A DNA stretch of 64,000 bases from Sphyrna mokarran (GCA_024679065.1 JAGIQG010000011.1:71920001-71984000), one strand, 5' to 3'; positions 37,721-50,685 are shown, numbered from the stretch's first letter. Numbers and translations: made by a program. The notes: generated from the sequence alone by a model not told the origin.

Positions 37721-37984
37721 TGAAAAAAGAGTCAGGCCAAAGCTCTTTGGTTTGCACTCATCAGGGCATTCACAAGAATAACAAATGTAAAGAGCACAAC
37801 AATTTATACTTTATGAGAAAAGAGTGCTGATTGTTTGATGTAACGCTATCAATCAAAGGCCACTTACCAACCAATTCACTCTTTCTCCTCATGAAGTATA
37901 AATTGTAGTTCCCTTTAGATTTGGCATTCTTGTGAATGTCTTGGTAAGTTCAAGACAAAAAACTTTGACATGTATCTTTTTTCA
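37721..37984. repeat. Imperfect inverted repeat (about 106-bp arms), probable old fold-back element of a second family
   Basis: Left arm TGAAAAAAGA...CATTCACAAGAATAACAAATGTAAAGAGCACAACAATTTATACTTTATGAG...AGAGTG; reverse complement of right arm TGAAAAAAGA...CATTCACAAGAATGCCAAATCTAAAGGGAACTACAATTTATACTTCATGAG...AGAGTG. Confidence 0.85.
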
Positions 37985-38928
37985 GAAATGTTTAATTTCT
38001 GTGTAACCAAACAATTAATGGCAAAATTGTAAACATTTTCAATATCCGATTTTTTAAAATACAGCAGAAATTCTCTCCCAACATTCCAGATGTGGTCAGT
38101 CAGGAAGAATTAAATGATTTATTTTGACTAATCAAGTCATTACCTTCAGAAAGATCCAGTATTTAATTAGTTTAGTAGTTAACAGTGTAACATTGACTAC
38201 AAACTTTCAGTGAATAGTCAATAGTCACAAAAATCCTTTATTTCAACCCACTGCTAATGCATTGTGCATTTAGATACTTTTTTGCAAAATTGCTTCGATA
38301 AGAAGCTGTCGGGTTGGACCCAACCTTTTAAAAACCATTTTATACTCCATTTAAACCTTTTTAAACATCATTCTTAACATTACAAAACAAATGCACAGAG
38401 CGGACCTACCAAGCCTGAATCCATCTCTTTGCTTGCTCCAAAGACTAAATTCAAATTGAATCCAATCCATGGTCCCCACAAGAGAGGCAAACAAGATCCA
38501 AACTGTCAAGATAAGACATTACACCCCATTTTTGGCTTGATCTGATGCTTCAACTGAACCAAAAGGTCTAGATGGCTTTAAAAAAATTGCACCAGGTGAC
38601 ACCTCAGTTAAACCTCATACACTGTTTTTCATACCTTTTGGTACTTTATTTAAATTTGTTTTGTTTTGAAATAGTTTGACTACCCCTTGTTAAAATGTTA
38701 ATGGTGTTGACACCTCAAATGGAAGCCCTTGTACTAAGCTGGAGTTGGGCTGTTCTAATCTCATAGTTTTACCCACCTATCAATTTCACAAAGTAACCCT
38801 TTCATTCTATGTGCATGCTATATTTTATTGTCCATTATCTTCAAATTTATTGCACCATGACAGCTTTAATACAGTAAAATGGCCCAAGGTGATTCATGGG
38901 TGCATTCTCAGATAAAATTGGATCCTGA

Positions 38929-39049
38929 GGGTGGGATTTTCTGGTCACGATCTCCCCAAGACATCCCACCTGATGTCAACAGACCTTTCTATGGCCCGCC
39001 CTTCGCCAGCTACGATTTCCTTGGCAGGCCGAACAGGAAAATTCACCCC
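38929..39049. mobile_element. MITE with GGG..ATTTTC terminal inverted repeats and TGA TSD (PIF/Harbinger-like), inserted in an L2 remnant
   Basis: TGA|GGGTGGGATTTTC ... GAAAATTCACCCC|TGA; a homologous copy lies at 49182-49293. Flanks (38860-39240) resemble a minus-strand L2 3' end. Confidence 0.65.
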
Positions 39050-41302
39050 TGAGTATCTTAAAGAGATATTAGGATAAGTGAGCAAAAATGTGGTCAAAGA
39101 GGTAGGTTCTAAGGAGAGACAGAAATAGATAGTGGTGCAATTTTATAAGGGTCTAAGGCTGAAGCAGCTAGGGATAGGAAAATGAGGATGCAGGAAAACA
39201 TAAGGTTTTCGAAGAACTAGAATAGGTTACAGAGATGTATGTGAAACCAGGCTAAATACTATTATATCCCAATTCATACCTGCAGCTGGCATGACTCTGT
39301 CAGTAGTAGAGCCTCATACCTTGATGTGTCTATCTCATGAACTCAGGCTTGAAATAAAACCTTCAGATCAGCATAGTGAAATCTTTTTCTTCAGTGCTCT
39401 AAATGGTCAGTTTCTTCTACAACATGTGCAAGCAAAGTCATCCCACGCAGTCTTTTAGCTTTCAGCAGCCGGTTATTAGGGCAGGGGAAGAGGGCTGGTA
39501 GCAGAATGTCAGCTTAGCTTCTGCACTTGACAGCAACATGTGGATCGTAAAAGGGAACATTTGAAAAGATGCATTAATTTATCTCCCCCCTTCCCGCTGT
39601 CAGTCATACTGTACATTTAAGACTGTGGCTCTCATTGACTGTCATGTGAATTTTCTAACAACTGTTATAATTTAAAGAATAAGCAATATCTAGGGAAAAC
39701 TATAAATAACTATAGTGTTGTGTCCTATTTTGAAAAAAATATAAACAATTCAGAATTTGGCAATTTTTTTCTCAATGCACTTTACTCCTGTTTCAATCTA
39801 TATTGAACTCCCTCTTAACATGATGAAAACATTTTCAAAGCGAACTGGTGCTTGAAAGAAGTTGATTGTAACTGTATCAGTTGGTTGGCAAACTAAGGAA
39901 ATGTTGTTTAGTATCTGATCTATATTATGTATGATAACTGTCTTATCTCTGCGTCTGCCTTGGTTTTCAATGTCACAGTGACTTGAATGGGAAATAGTGT
40001 ATCTGTCATACAAATGTCACTGTAACTCCTGACTAGTGACATTAAACTTGCCTTTGTGTCAGGCGTAGGTTAGCCTAACTTAGAAAAGTGGTGAAGGTAG
40101 CACAATACTTCATTGAAATCAGCTATAGTCAAATGCAGATGGCAGACTCAGTTCCAAATTGATTTACAGATACTTGTCTCTCACCAAATATCTGCCAGGG
40201 AACAGTGTTTGCAGTTTCTACTATGCCTATGTTACTTAGCCTAATAATACGCAATCCAATTTCACAGTTATTCAATTGTGATCAGGTGTATCTGTGTGTT
40301 TGAAATGGCAAGAGATAGAGTGAGCTTAGCAAAATTGTTGGCGGAGTGGGAGGGGATGAATGTGGATATGGTAGTTTCCTCAAATGCATTCAATGTTTTA
40401 TATTGACTAAACCATCTTGCCTCAGTACAATACATTTTATAACTGGCAAATATTAGGAACATTGCATTGCATTGAGAAATGGAAATAAAAATGGTCTGAT
40501 GGATACTGATGTTGGAAGAGGGTGAACGTGTTGTAAATTAGAGGAAAGGAAATCCAGACTGGCCTCACAAGTAGAAGCTGCAATCGAGGGGAATTCAATG
40601 AATTGTACTGCAAACCCTGAAACAAACATTAGATTGGATTAGTTTGGACTATTCCACATTTGGATGTGTTTATCCTCTTAATAAAATGACAGTGAACATG
40701 TACTGAAGAATAAAAATGTCTCTCTACATGTACACAACACTGTTTGCACATCCCAACCATATGTTTTCCGATGCCAGAAGATGGCAGACAGATGTTTGAC
40801 ATCTGTGCTTGGCCACAGCGATTTCATTTCAAATTTCATAAATAACAATAAATAAGCCAGCATTATACCTGGCAGTTTAGTGAACTGCTCCTCGCCATTC
40901 CCACCACAAAATTTTACATTTTTGAGTGCTCTGAAACTTTTAGTCCAAGCTGCTTCATTTCAAAAGTACACTCAACAGGTTTCCGTTTCCAGGTTAGGGC
41001 TGGAGAATGGATTGTGTCAGCACCGATTTAAGCTCATGGCCCTCAGACAGTAATTTCTCAATCTCTGCATGAGGCAGGAGTTAAAAAAAAACAAGAAAAG
41101 GGTTGAGTAATTCCTGATAAGGAGGGAGAAAAACTGTAGAAATTCACTCCGGGCAGTTCACATGCAATTTCTTAAAGTGTTAATTGCTAAGATCCCCAAG
41201 TATGAAATCCACCTACTTTCTGGTTTAGAGGTGGCAAAGTGCACATGGACACTGGAGAATTAAGGAGAAATAAAATGCCTTGAAGTAGAACAATGCAATT
41301 TT

Positions 41303-41612
41303 TATATTGCAGAAGAAAGCCATTTGGCCCATTGAGTCAGCACCGACAATGGTCCCACTGAGACTCTATGCCTGTAACTCCACATATTTATGCTGCTACT
41401 CCCCTCTGAGACTAAGGGGCAATTTAGCATAGCCAATCAACCTAACCTTCAAATCTTTGGACTGTAGAAGCAAACTGGACCATCCAGAGGAAACCCACAC
41501 AGATACTGGGTGAATGTGCAAAATCCACAAAGACAGCCATCCAAGGCCAGACTTGAACCCAGGTCCCTGGTGTTGTGAGGCAGCAGTGCTAATCATTGTG
41601 CCATGTACCCCT
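41303..41612 (-). mobile_element. V-domain SINE (HE1-like), CR1-type tail
   Basis: GCAGAAGAAAGCCATTTGGCCCATTGAG; GGGGCAATTTAGCATAGCCAATCAACCTAACC; GAGGAAACCCACACAG; TTGAACCCAGGTCCCTGGTGTTGTGAGGCAGCAGTGCTAA. Confidence 0.9.
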
Positions 41613-43296
41613 GGTTTAGTAGTACAAAACAAATTTTCTGATCACTTAGTGGAACAATCTTTTGTCCTTTAATCCCCTGTGACTGAAGCTAAAAGGCCAC
41701 TTAGTTTGTATAACAATAGCACTACCAACAATTTTACAGATGCAATCCATACCAGCTTTTCACAATGCCAGTGTTTCTTGAAGTCCAAGGCTGTGAAAAA
41801 AACCTTTCTGGATGTGTGAACAAGAGGACCCAATGGGAATGGATGTTGCGAACGCAAAGACTTGCTTTTATATTGCAAGTGGCGTCCACTCCAGTTAACC
41901 ATGGGTCAGCCTGACTACTGTCCTTCCTAAAACCTTTAATCTTAGTGTCTCACTGTTTCATTGTATAGGAAGAAGTATCAGACAGAAGAATTTAAATTCA
42001 GAGAATTTAATTGTATTCATTTTCCTTCATGGCCATTTTCTTTTTTATCTCTGTGACGCCTTTCAATTCAAAAATCCTTTAAGAAATCTGGCCTGGACTT
42101 TTTGGAGTGCAGAGTCAGGATATTTCACAGCTCTGTGGGCCCGATTCAGAAAAAGGTGTTCTGGAAATTGAATTCTCAATCAGTCAGTGGTGCTGGGGTC
42201 CTGTGGGAGGCGAGCCAGGTGGCCTTTGGAACGAGTGCAGAGACAGTTAGCTGCAGAGATGGACTAGGCAGAAGGCCTGTCGTGGTGCACTGGCACTGTT
42301 TTAAAGAAATATAATTTGAAAAGCTCTCCAGCCCTCACACACTAATTCCCCACTGACTTCTCATGTCTCATCCCTGCTAATCCATGCCATCTTATGTATC
42401 CCATTCATCCACAGGGCCTGTAATGACCTCCATGCCAGCTAATGCCCCTCTGCATATCCATAACCTCTCATACATTCCATGCAAAGCTATGCCCTCCACC
42501 AACACCCACTGGGCCTTTATAGCCTTAGTGCCAACCTATGCCCCTCTGCTTAACCCCCAAAACTGAAGATATCCTACATGCTCTTTTGCCCCATCCCATG
42601 ATCCTTAATAGCCCTTTGTCAACTTAGTGCCTATTCATACAAATCAATGCTCCCACACCCACCACCATTGCCCTTACGCAGTACTGACTCACCCACTATC
42701 CTTCATCGGCAGACCACAGGACCCATGTTAATATGAAATAAAATAAAGTTCTAGTGTCCACAGTAGATTTTATTATTTTTAAAACAAGTTCATTTATTAA
42801 AACCAATTCAATACATATTCATGCATTGAAATACATAATCCCTAATAAAAACAAACATTTCATTAAAGTGATGAATCCTTTATTAAAAACAAACATTGAT
42901 GGTTATAGTCCCACTCCAAAGAGACTATCAGTACTTGGAGTTGTCAATCAAACTGCAAAATGGAAGGGACTTCACTGTGATCATGGAAGGCTACAAAATT
43001 AGTGTGCCATACTTATCTAATAATGGTAATGTGTCTTATGTTAACAGGGTGAAGTAGCAAGCAGTGATTTTTATTTCAAAGATTTAAAGTGTAGGTGCTT
43101 TAAATGCCTTGCCACCTTGTCAGACATTTTTGACAGATCCTCTTAATATGACAACCTCATGACAACCAAAATGCTTTATGTGCACATTCATGCCCATTTT
43201 TAAAATTTCCAAAGGACAAATTCCTTCTGATAGGAGTCCTAGGACCATATCCAAAAGTTCAACCAACCTTCACCCAAGAGGACTTTGTAAATTTTG

Positions 43297-43470
43297 CATT
43301 AGTGAACCAGATAGATTTGTACAATTGACAATGATTTCATTTGATTTTTAGTTCTAGATTTATATTGAATATTTGATGTAGTGACATTTTATCCTGGATC
43401 CCCAGAGCTTTATCCGGGGCTTCTGGATTACTAGTCTAGTGACAATATTGCAATGCCACTGTTTGCCTCT
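43297..43470 (-). mobile_element. 5' fragment of SacSINE1/Deu-type SINE
   Basis: CATTAGTGAACCAGAT...CCCCAGAGC...CTGGATTACTAGTCTAGTGACAATA matches 47120-47305. Confidence 0.65.
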
Positions 43471-43631
43471 GGAGGCGGCTGCTATTTTATATGTGCTACT
43501 GCCTTCATCAAATATACATGCATAAAACCCAATCCATGCTCATTGCTACCCGCAGAAAATTGGTGGGTATTGTGTTCCGGGGTGGAACTTCTTAAATTTC
43601 ATCCATTATTGCCACCTTCATAATGACAGAG

Positions 43632-43938
43632 AAGTTTATTTATTTATTTGTGATGAGTAGGCTTACATTAACACTGCAGTCAAGTTACTGTGAAATCCCC
43701 CAGTTGCTGTAGTCTGGCGCCTGTTTGGATACACTGAGGGAGAATTTAGCATGGCCAATGCACCTAACGAGCATGTCTTTTGGACTGTGGGAGGAAACCA
43801 AAATACCTGGAGGAAACCCACACAGACATGGGAAGAGAACATGCAGTCTCAGCACAGACAGTGATCCAAGCCAGGAATTGAACCCGGGTCCCTGGCACTG
43901 GGAGGCGACAGTGCTAACAACTGTGCCACTGTGTCCTC
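43632..43938 (-). mobile_element. V-domain SINE (HE1-like), alternative tail
   Basis: AAGTTTATTTATT...GTAGGCTTACATTAACACTGCAG tail; V-domain; GAATTGAACCCGGGTCCCTGGCACTG head. Confidence 0.92.
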
Positions 43939-43964
43939 CATTGTTGCAAAATTTCAGACCCTGT

Positions 43965-44457
43965 ATCCAGCAATCTCGGCTTTGGAGAGGGTACAAAAAA
44001 GATTTACCTGGATGTTGCCTGGTATGGAGGGCCTTAGCTATGAGGAGAGGTTGGAGAAATTTGGTTTGTTGTCACTGGAACAATGGAGATCGAGGCGCAA
44101 CCTGATAGAAGTCTACAAGATTATGAGAGGCATGGACAGGATGGATAGTCAAAAGCTTTTTCCTTTGGTGGAAGAGTCAATTACTAGGGGCACAGGTTTC
44201 AAGGAGATATATGAGGCAGATTTTTTACACAGAGAATAGTGGATGCCTGGAACGCATTGCTGGGAGAGGTGGTGGAAGTGGATATGGTAGTGACTTTTAA
44301 GGGATATCTTGACAAATACATGAATAGGATGAGAATAGAGTGATATGTTCCCCGGAAGGATAGGGGGTTTTAGTTAAGTTGGGCAGTATGGTTGGTGCAG
44401 GCTCGGAGGCCAAAGGGGCCTGTTCCTGTGCTGTAATTTTCTTTGTTCTTTGTTCTT
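43965..44457 (+). mobile_element. CR1 LINE 3' fragment (ORF2 C-terminus + 3'UTR)
   Basis: ORF 43931-44239 contains LERVQKRFTWMLPGMEGLSYEERLEKFGLLSLE...LIEVYKIMRGMD; ends in GGCCTGTTCCTGTGCTGT and a (TTTGTTC)n tail. Confidence 0.93.
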
Positions 44458-44554
44458 ATGCCTTCTGCTCATAAGAACATCTATCTCTGTGAATGAGCTT
44501 TTCTGCATCTGTGTTCATATCTTCTGAAGTGGTTCGGTCTCAAATCATACTTGA

Positions 44555-44620
44555 TAATGCTCTTGTGAAGCACCTTGGAACACATTAGTATATTAAAGGC
44601 ACTATATAAATGAAAGTGTT
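44555..44620 (+). mobile_element. L2 3'-terminal fragment
   Basis: CTTGTGAAGCACCTTGGAACACATTAGTATATTAAAGGCACTATATAAATGAAAGT, an L2 3'-end signature. Confidence 0.55.
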
Positions 44621-45111
44621 AATATCATACTTAAATACTGTGTCATAATACATAACAAGAATGATTTAATTTGTCTTTTTTTTAAAATGATCATGAAATG
44701 AAATTTACATTCGTGATGAATATGCAACAAAAGTCTTCCCTAGAGGAGGAGTGAGGGAGTTAGAATGTGATAGATTTTTTTTTAGAGGTTTTATGGTGTC
44801 AGGCTGATATCTTCAATTCAACAGGTTTCTGAAGATCCTGTCCTTGAGAGCACTCAAACAATGTTTAGCTTTTGAAAAACAAACAGAGCAGATTCAACCT
44901 GTTCACTCATGGCTTTTATTTCACTAATCTACTGATCTGGCTGCTCACTCAGCAGCAACATCATCACATACTGTGTTGTTGTAAACAAGGATCTCAGGCC
45001 TGGTGATATATCAGGCCTTTAATAATCATTCACAAATGGCATGGCATTTAGATCACCTCCACCACAAGCTTTTAAGAATGGCTTGTGTACAATTGTTCTC
45101 TTGAAAAGCTA

Positions 45112-45472
45112 AAGGCCTGAATGTGACAACCGTTTGCGCCAGTGGGATTTTCCCATCCCGCTGGAAGGGAGTGGAGATTTAGCTGGATGCCAAATTCCCT
45201 GACCTTGCTGCAGCAGGAGCATAGTGTGAACGGCCGGTAAGGTCATACCCAGAGTCTTTTTGGCTTGGTCATGACTTTCTCTTACGATACAAAAAAAAAT
45301 GAAGTAACTATCACCAAGTCCACCTAAAGGGACTTGGCCAAGACTTTCCAACTGGTCTGCAGCTGGGATTCTCCAGTCCTGCTGCTATGAATGGTGATTT
45401 GGCTGAGAGCCAAATTTTCCATTCTCGCTGGCAGTGGTGTTGGGGCTTAGGACATATATGAATTCCAGTCCT
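45112..45472. mobile_element. Two adjacent short MITE-like repeats
   Basis: Shared core GGGATT(T/C)TCC..TCC.GCTG...GATTT(A/G)GCTG..GCCAAATT.TCC...GCTG.CAG; a third copy lies at 50686-50790. Confidence 0.55.
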
Positions 45473-46158
45473 CGTCAGACACATTAGCTAACAGAATCAC
45501 GTCTAGTGGTTTAATCCATGTAGCGAGGCAGCCAGTGGTTCATGGACCACATTCACAATTATTACACAAAGATATTTTCAGAGGGGAAACAGAAAAATAA
45601 ACTTTTGGATGATTTGTTTGAATCAATAGTGAGCGCTGTTTATTTAATTTTCAACAAGAAGTCTGGTGAATTCCTTCACGATGATTGAAATTTCAGTTTG
45701 CCCAGAATTATTCAAACACATCAACTTTCAAATATAAACCAAGAAAAAAAAACACTAGAACAGTTCACATGACAGCAAGTACAACATGGTGCAGAATTTA
45801 CTGACTTGGACCAAATTGCCAAACGTTCATCTGATTTGAGTCATGTTGCAGGAATTAGGGAGTTTGAAGTGCTCCAACAAGGTGACAAATTCCCTTTAAG
45901 AACAAGTGTTCTGAATACAAGTCTGCATGGAACAAAGCCTAAATCCTGTTCCATTTGCCTTGTTGCAGCCATGGGTTCAGGTCTAATACCTACAATGTTT
46001 TTGATGTATGGGGAACACCAATCTCTCATACAATAATCCAATTTATTTTACACTTTCACCCATTATTTTCCCACTATAATGTATCACTGGTTTTCTTGTC
46101 AATTGGATTGGCTGTAGATCATCCATGTCCTTAGATAATCCTACCCTAGTAATTCAGA

Positions 46159-46507
46159 GGAGGTGATGGCCTAGTGGTATTATTGCTGGTCTATTAATCC
46201 AGACATTCAGTTCATGTTCTGGGGACCCAGTTCAGCAGATGCTGGAATTTGAATTCAATAGAAAGTATCTGTAATTAAAAATCTATTGACGACCTGAAAT
46301 CATTATTGATCGTCGGAAAAACCCATCTGGCTCAATGATGTCCTTTGGGGAAGGAAATCTGCAAACCTTATCTAACCTGGTCTATATATGATTCCAGAGG
46401 TATAACAATGTGGTTGACTTTCAGCTACCCTCTGTACAAGGGCAATCCAGAGATAGATAATAAATGCTGCCCAGCTAGTGATGCCCATGTCCCACAAATG
46501 AATAAAA
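46159..46507 (+). mobile_element. SacSINE1/Deu-type SINE, near full length
   Basis: GAGGTGATGGCCTAGTGGTATT head; AAAAACCCATCTGGCTCAATGATGTCCTTTGGGGAAGGAAATCTGC; AATGTGGTTGACT; tail GGGCAAT...AATAAATGCTG...GATGCCCATGTCCC. Confidence 0.8.
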
Positions 46508-46974
46508 ATCCTCTATAAACTTGTATTAAGAGTTGCAAATAGATGGTCTACGGTGGCTGATTTTCTCACCTCTGCTTGGCACCTACCTGGTGTGGAATGA
46601 GGTTAGAATCTCAAACACAGGGAGTTATAATCCAAAATTTATATTCCAGTTGGCCGAGGTAGAGTTGCAAGTCATGGGGCCCTATGCTCAGATTAGTTTT
46701 TGCCCCACCTCAACTCTGAGATCTGAAGGTCAAAGACTACCCCATGCACATAATCTCTCTTCTCCCTACTCCTCATACACACTTTCTCTTCCCTGCCATC
46801 GTTGCACATACTCTCCTCACTTTACACATGCTCTCTCTTCACACCCCCACTCCCTGCAACACCTACTCTCTCCTTCGCACTACCAATTATGCCATTGGAA
46901 ATCTTAATTGCAGGAACTCTAAGAAGATATGCTGGACATATAATTTCTCAGTTTCCTATTATATCGGTTTTTTT

Positions 46975-47305
46975 TATTAATGGGAAATGGGCGTCGCTGA
47001 CTGATCAGCATTTATTGCCCATCCCTAGTTGCCCGAGGACAGTTAAGAGTCATGTTGCTGTGGCATGTATCACATGTAGGCCAGACCAGGTAAGGACAAC
47101 AGATTTCTTTCCCTTATGGACATTAGTGAACCAGATGGGTTTTTCGAACAATCAACTGGTTTCATAATCATCTTAACTCCAAATACTTTTTACTGAATTC
47201 AAATTCCACCATTTGCCATGGCGGAATTCAAAAGTGAGTCCCCAGAACATTAACTGAGTTTCTGGATTAATAGTCTAGCAATAATACCACTAGGCCATCG
47301 CCTCA
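46975..47305 (-). mobile_element. SacSINE1/Deu-type SINE, near full length, inverted relative to 46159-46507
   Basis: CAGCATTTATTGCCCATCCCTAGTTGCCC...CATTAGTGAACCAGATGGGTTTTT...AATACCACTAGGCCATCGCCTC. Confidence 0.82.
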
Positions 47306-47519
47306 CCCTGATTTTGTATGTATTAATCATTTGAGTCCTCAAAGTAAGTACAACCCTGTTTTATAAATGCAAAATATTAATGGTGGTTGACATTTTATTT
47401 CACCCAATATATCATTGAATCATTATTCTTAGCATAAGTAGAAAATCACTGTGCAACAGTTTAATTATGTAACTCCAGCCCATTAAAAAACATTAATTAC
47501 AGAGCTTTATTTGCAAAAG

Positions 47520-48035
47520 TATGCATTGGCTTTGGAGGGATTACAGAGAAGGTTCAACAGGCTGATACTGGAGATGAGATGATTAGCTTATGAGGAAAGA
47601 TTGAGTAGATTGGGCCTGTACTCATTGAAGTTTAGAAGACTGAGGGGAGATCTTACAGAGCCATATAAGATAATGAAGGGGCTAGACACTGTAGAAGCAG
47701 AGATTATTTCCACTGAGAAAATAAATAAAAACTAGTGATACAGCCTCAAAATAAGGGGGAGTCAATTTAGAACAGAGTTGATGAGGAACTTCTTCTCTCA
47801 GAGGGTAGTGAATCTTTGGAATTCTCTGCCCATTGAAGCAGTGGAGGCTACCTTGGTAAATGTGTTTAAGTCACAGGTAGGTAGATTTCTGACCAATAAG
47901 GGAATTAAGGGTTATGAAGAGCAGGCGGGTAAGTGAACTGAAAGACTATCAGATCAGCCAAGATCTTATTAATTGACGGGGCAGGCTTGAGGGGCTAAAT
48001 GGCCTACTCCTGCTCCTATTTCCTATGTTCTTTAT
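47520..48035 (+). mobile_element. CR1 LINE 3' fragment
   Basis: Degenerate LE..QRRF.RLI..MR.LAYEERLSRLGLYSL.FRRLRGDL; GGAACTTCTTCTCTCAGAGGGTAGTGAATCTTTGGAATTCTCTGCC; tail GGGCTAAATGGCCTACTCCTGCTCCTATTTCCTATGTTC. Confidence 0.92.
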
Positions 48036-49181
48036 TTACAGCAAATGGAATAAAATAGGTACATAGAGTTAAGATACAGATTAGCCATAATAGCAGCCCA
48101 AGCTCAAAGGGTTGAATGCCCTACTCTTGTTTGTATGTTCCTATCTAGATATCAATGAATGAGATTTAGCACATACATGGAAGAATTCATGCATCAAGCC
48201 CTTTCTGTAATTCATACAAACTAGTCCAGGTTTCAAAGAACTATTAGTTTACATAGTAACTCTTTAAATGTCTGACAAACTGATCAATCTTCAGTGCTTC
48301 AAACCAAACTAAGGCCATTTATACATTTACGTTCAAGAGTTAATATCTAAAGCATTTGTATCTGCTATTGCATATTTTTCAATAGTGAAAATGAATGCAA
48401 AACGTAATTGGATTTCAGCCATATACGCCTGCTCAATCCTCACCACCATATTTAAATCCTTCAAAGGACCTCTGTGGGTTTTTCTAGCTATTAGTAGAAC
48501 TTGTAAAGCTTTACCATGGGAATGCCACCTGATCAGTATTTTTTTATAATGCATTTATGGCATTCAATTATGGCTTTAGTTGACTTTAGCTGTGTCTAAT
48601 AATGTACATGCAATTTTGTCAATGTTTTGAACTTTGTGATTTTTTTTACTTTTGAGGCTACGTCCTGATTATTTATATAAACAATTTTATTTTTGTTCTT
48701 TGTAACTTATTTCTATCAATCGGCGTACCCCAATCTCCATTTTTGAAATCTTTCTTCATGTTTGAAAATTGAATCGCTCCCATAGTGTTTCAATTACAGA
48801 TAGGATGAAGAGAAAGATCAGCTTAATAAATGATAACTCCATTCAAAGGTCTGATGGATATTTCCTCTGAGAGCTGTGTAGTTGTAATTATAGGCCATGT
48901 AGCTTATTTCTGTGCTATGAATTTCAACAGTCCCCATCTGTAAATTGGACCTCATCTCCCAAGTACTCTTATTGATTGAATCTATTCCTTCCCAACATGT
49001 TACGTGAGGAAGAAGTTCTTGCTTGCACTCTCAACTATCTTGTTCCTGCCATAATACCTATTGAATAATATAACACACCCTAATTTCTGATTAATTGTCA
49101 GTGTTTCATCATATACATAGCTAATTTTAGATATTAGAGTTATCCTTCAAATCAGAAAGATAGGTCATTGATAAAACTTCT

Positions 49182-49293
49182 GGGGCAGGATTTTCCAGCC
49201 ATGATCATCCCAAGACCAGAAAATCCCACCCGAGGTCAACGAACCTTTGCATGGCACTGTCCCTCCCGCCTGTTATGATTCCCATGGCGGATG
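49182..49293. mobile_element. MITE, same family as 38929-39049
   Basis: GGGGCAGGATTTTCC...CCCAAGACC..AAATCCCACCCGAGGTCAACGAACCTTTGCATGG...GGAAAAT. Confidence 0.6.
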
Positions 49294-50685
49294 GGATAGG
49301 AAAATACTTCCACTGAGGTCTAAGGAAACCTGAGCATTTGGCTTAACATGACCAAAGTCTTGATCCTTATGAAATACTTATTAGGTTGGGAAGCCTAAAG
49401 CGGTCACAATTTTGGTGCTGAGATTCTACAAAAGAAGCCTTACCTTAATTCACTCCTGTTTGTGATAACAGGGAGGAAGAAAGGTATTAATTGATCAGCA
49501 GAATATTTGTTCTTTCTTGGAGAATGCAGTCCTAAAGTCAACTGACTTGCCTCACCTCAGGTCTAGGGTGTAGATTGTGTTTCTCTTTCCCAGTGAGCTG
49601 GGGTGCACCCTTGTAAGCCATATCAAAGCGTTATAACAGTTGTCCCTTGAACGGTTCCAGCATCCAACTGGCTCACAATGCCAAGGCTAGGAAGCCATGG
49701 TTAATTTTGGCTCATTATTGAAGAGACCTGGATATAAATGGGTCACCCACACAAATACCAATGCATACAGGCACCTACTCTCTTAGCCCCACATAATCAG
49801 TATTTTCCTACCAGGAAGTGGTGGATGAGAGGGAAGATGAAGGAGGGAGGATGGAGTGAAGGAAGGGCTATGGGTATATTAAAGTGGAAGGAGGTGCATG
49901 TTTGGGTTAAGGAGGGGAACTTGAGTGCCTTAAAGTGAGGTGAGCACGTGTGGGTTAAGGATGGATGGGCATGCATAGGTTAAGGATGATATAGGCATGA
50001 TCGGGTTAAAGATGGGAGATAGGACTGAAGTAGGGGGATAGGGTGAAGGAAGGAGAAAGGAGTGCTGATTGAGGTGGGATAGGGAGTGAAGGTGGGGCGG
50101 GGTGGTGAAATGAGGTAGATGTTGTTAAAACACCTACGATCCTGTTCCTGCTGCTGTGGACTGGAGTTTATAGGTGTGCACTTGAAATTCCAGCCCTGCT
50201 TACATGATTGTAGTTTCCACTCACATGCTCGCTGATTCAATCTCTCAAACATGGGGCACCAACCAGTGCTGTGCTCCCATCAGGCACTGTGAAATTGGTC
50301 TCCCCATAAACTCTATACTGAAACTCCTCACTGTGCAGATGCTTGGCCGGATGCAGCATGGAAATGTAGTCCTGAATGTGTGAATGTCTCCATGGGGCCT
50401 GGGCTGAACTGAGAGCTGCAATGGATCAAATAATTCCTCCCCTTTCATTTATGCTTCACTGAGAATAATGATGGACTTTTCAGTTGCGACTGGGATTCTA
50501 GTACATCTCTACACCTGATTAACTGTGAGCGATGTGCATCAGGGAACCTGTATTTTGGGCACCTCCGGCTCTTGGGGTTCCCTGTGATGAGGGGTGGTAT
50601 TTAATTATAAATCTGCCTCTGCCTGCTAGATTCCTACCATTCCATGGCTCCACATTCAAGAGACTGGATTCTCTGCCCTTACCTG

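Noticed and set aside
49820-50120. GA/G-rich tract as a functional repeat (C-rich counterpart at about 42330-42720)
   Set aside because: Low-complexity, probably the internal part of an old repeat; no defined unit or boundaries visible.
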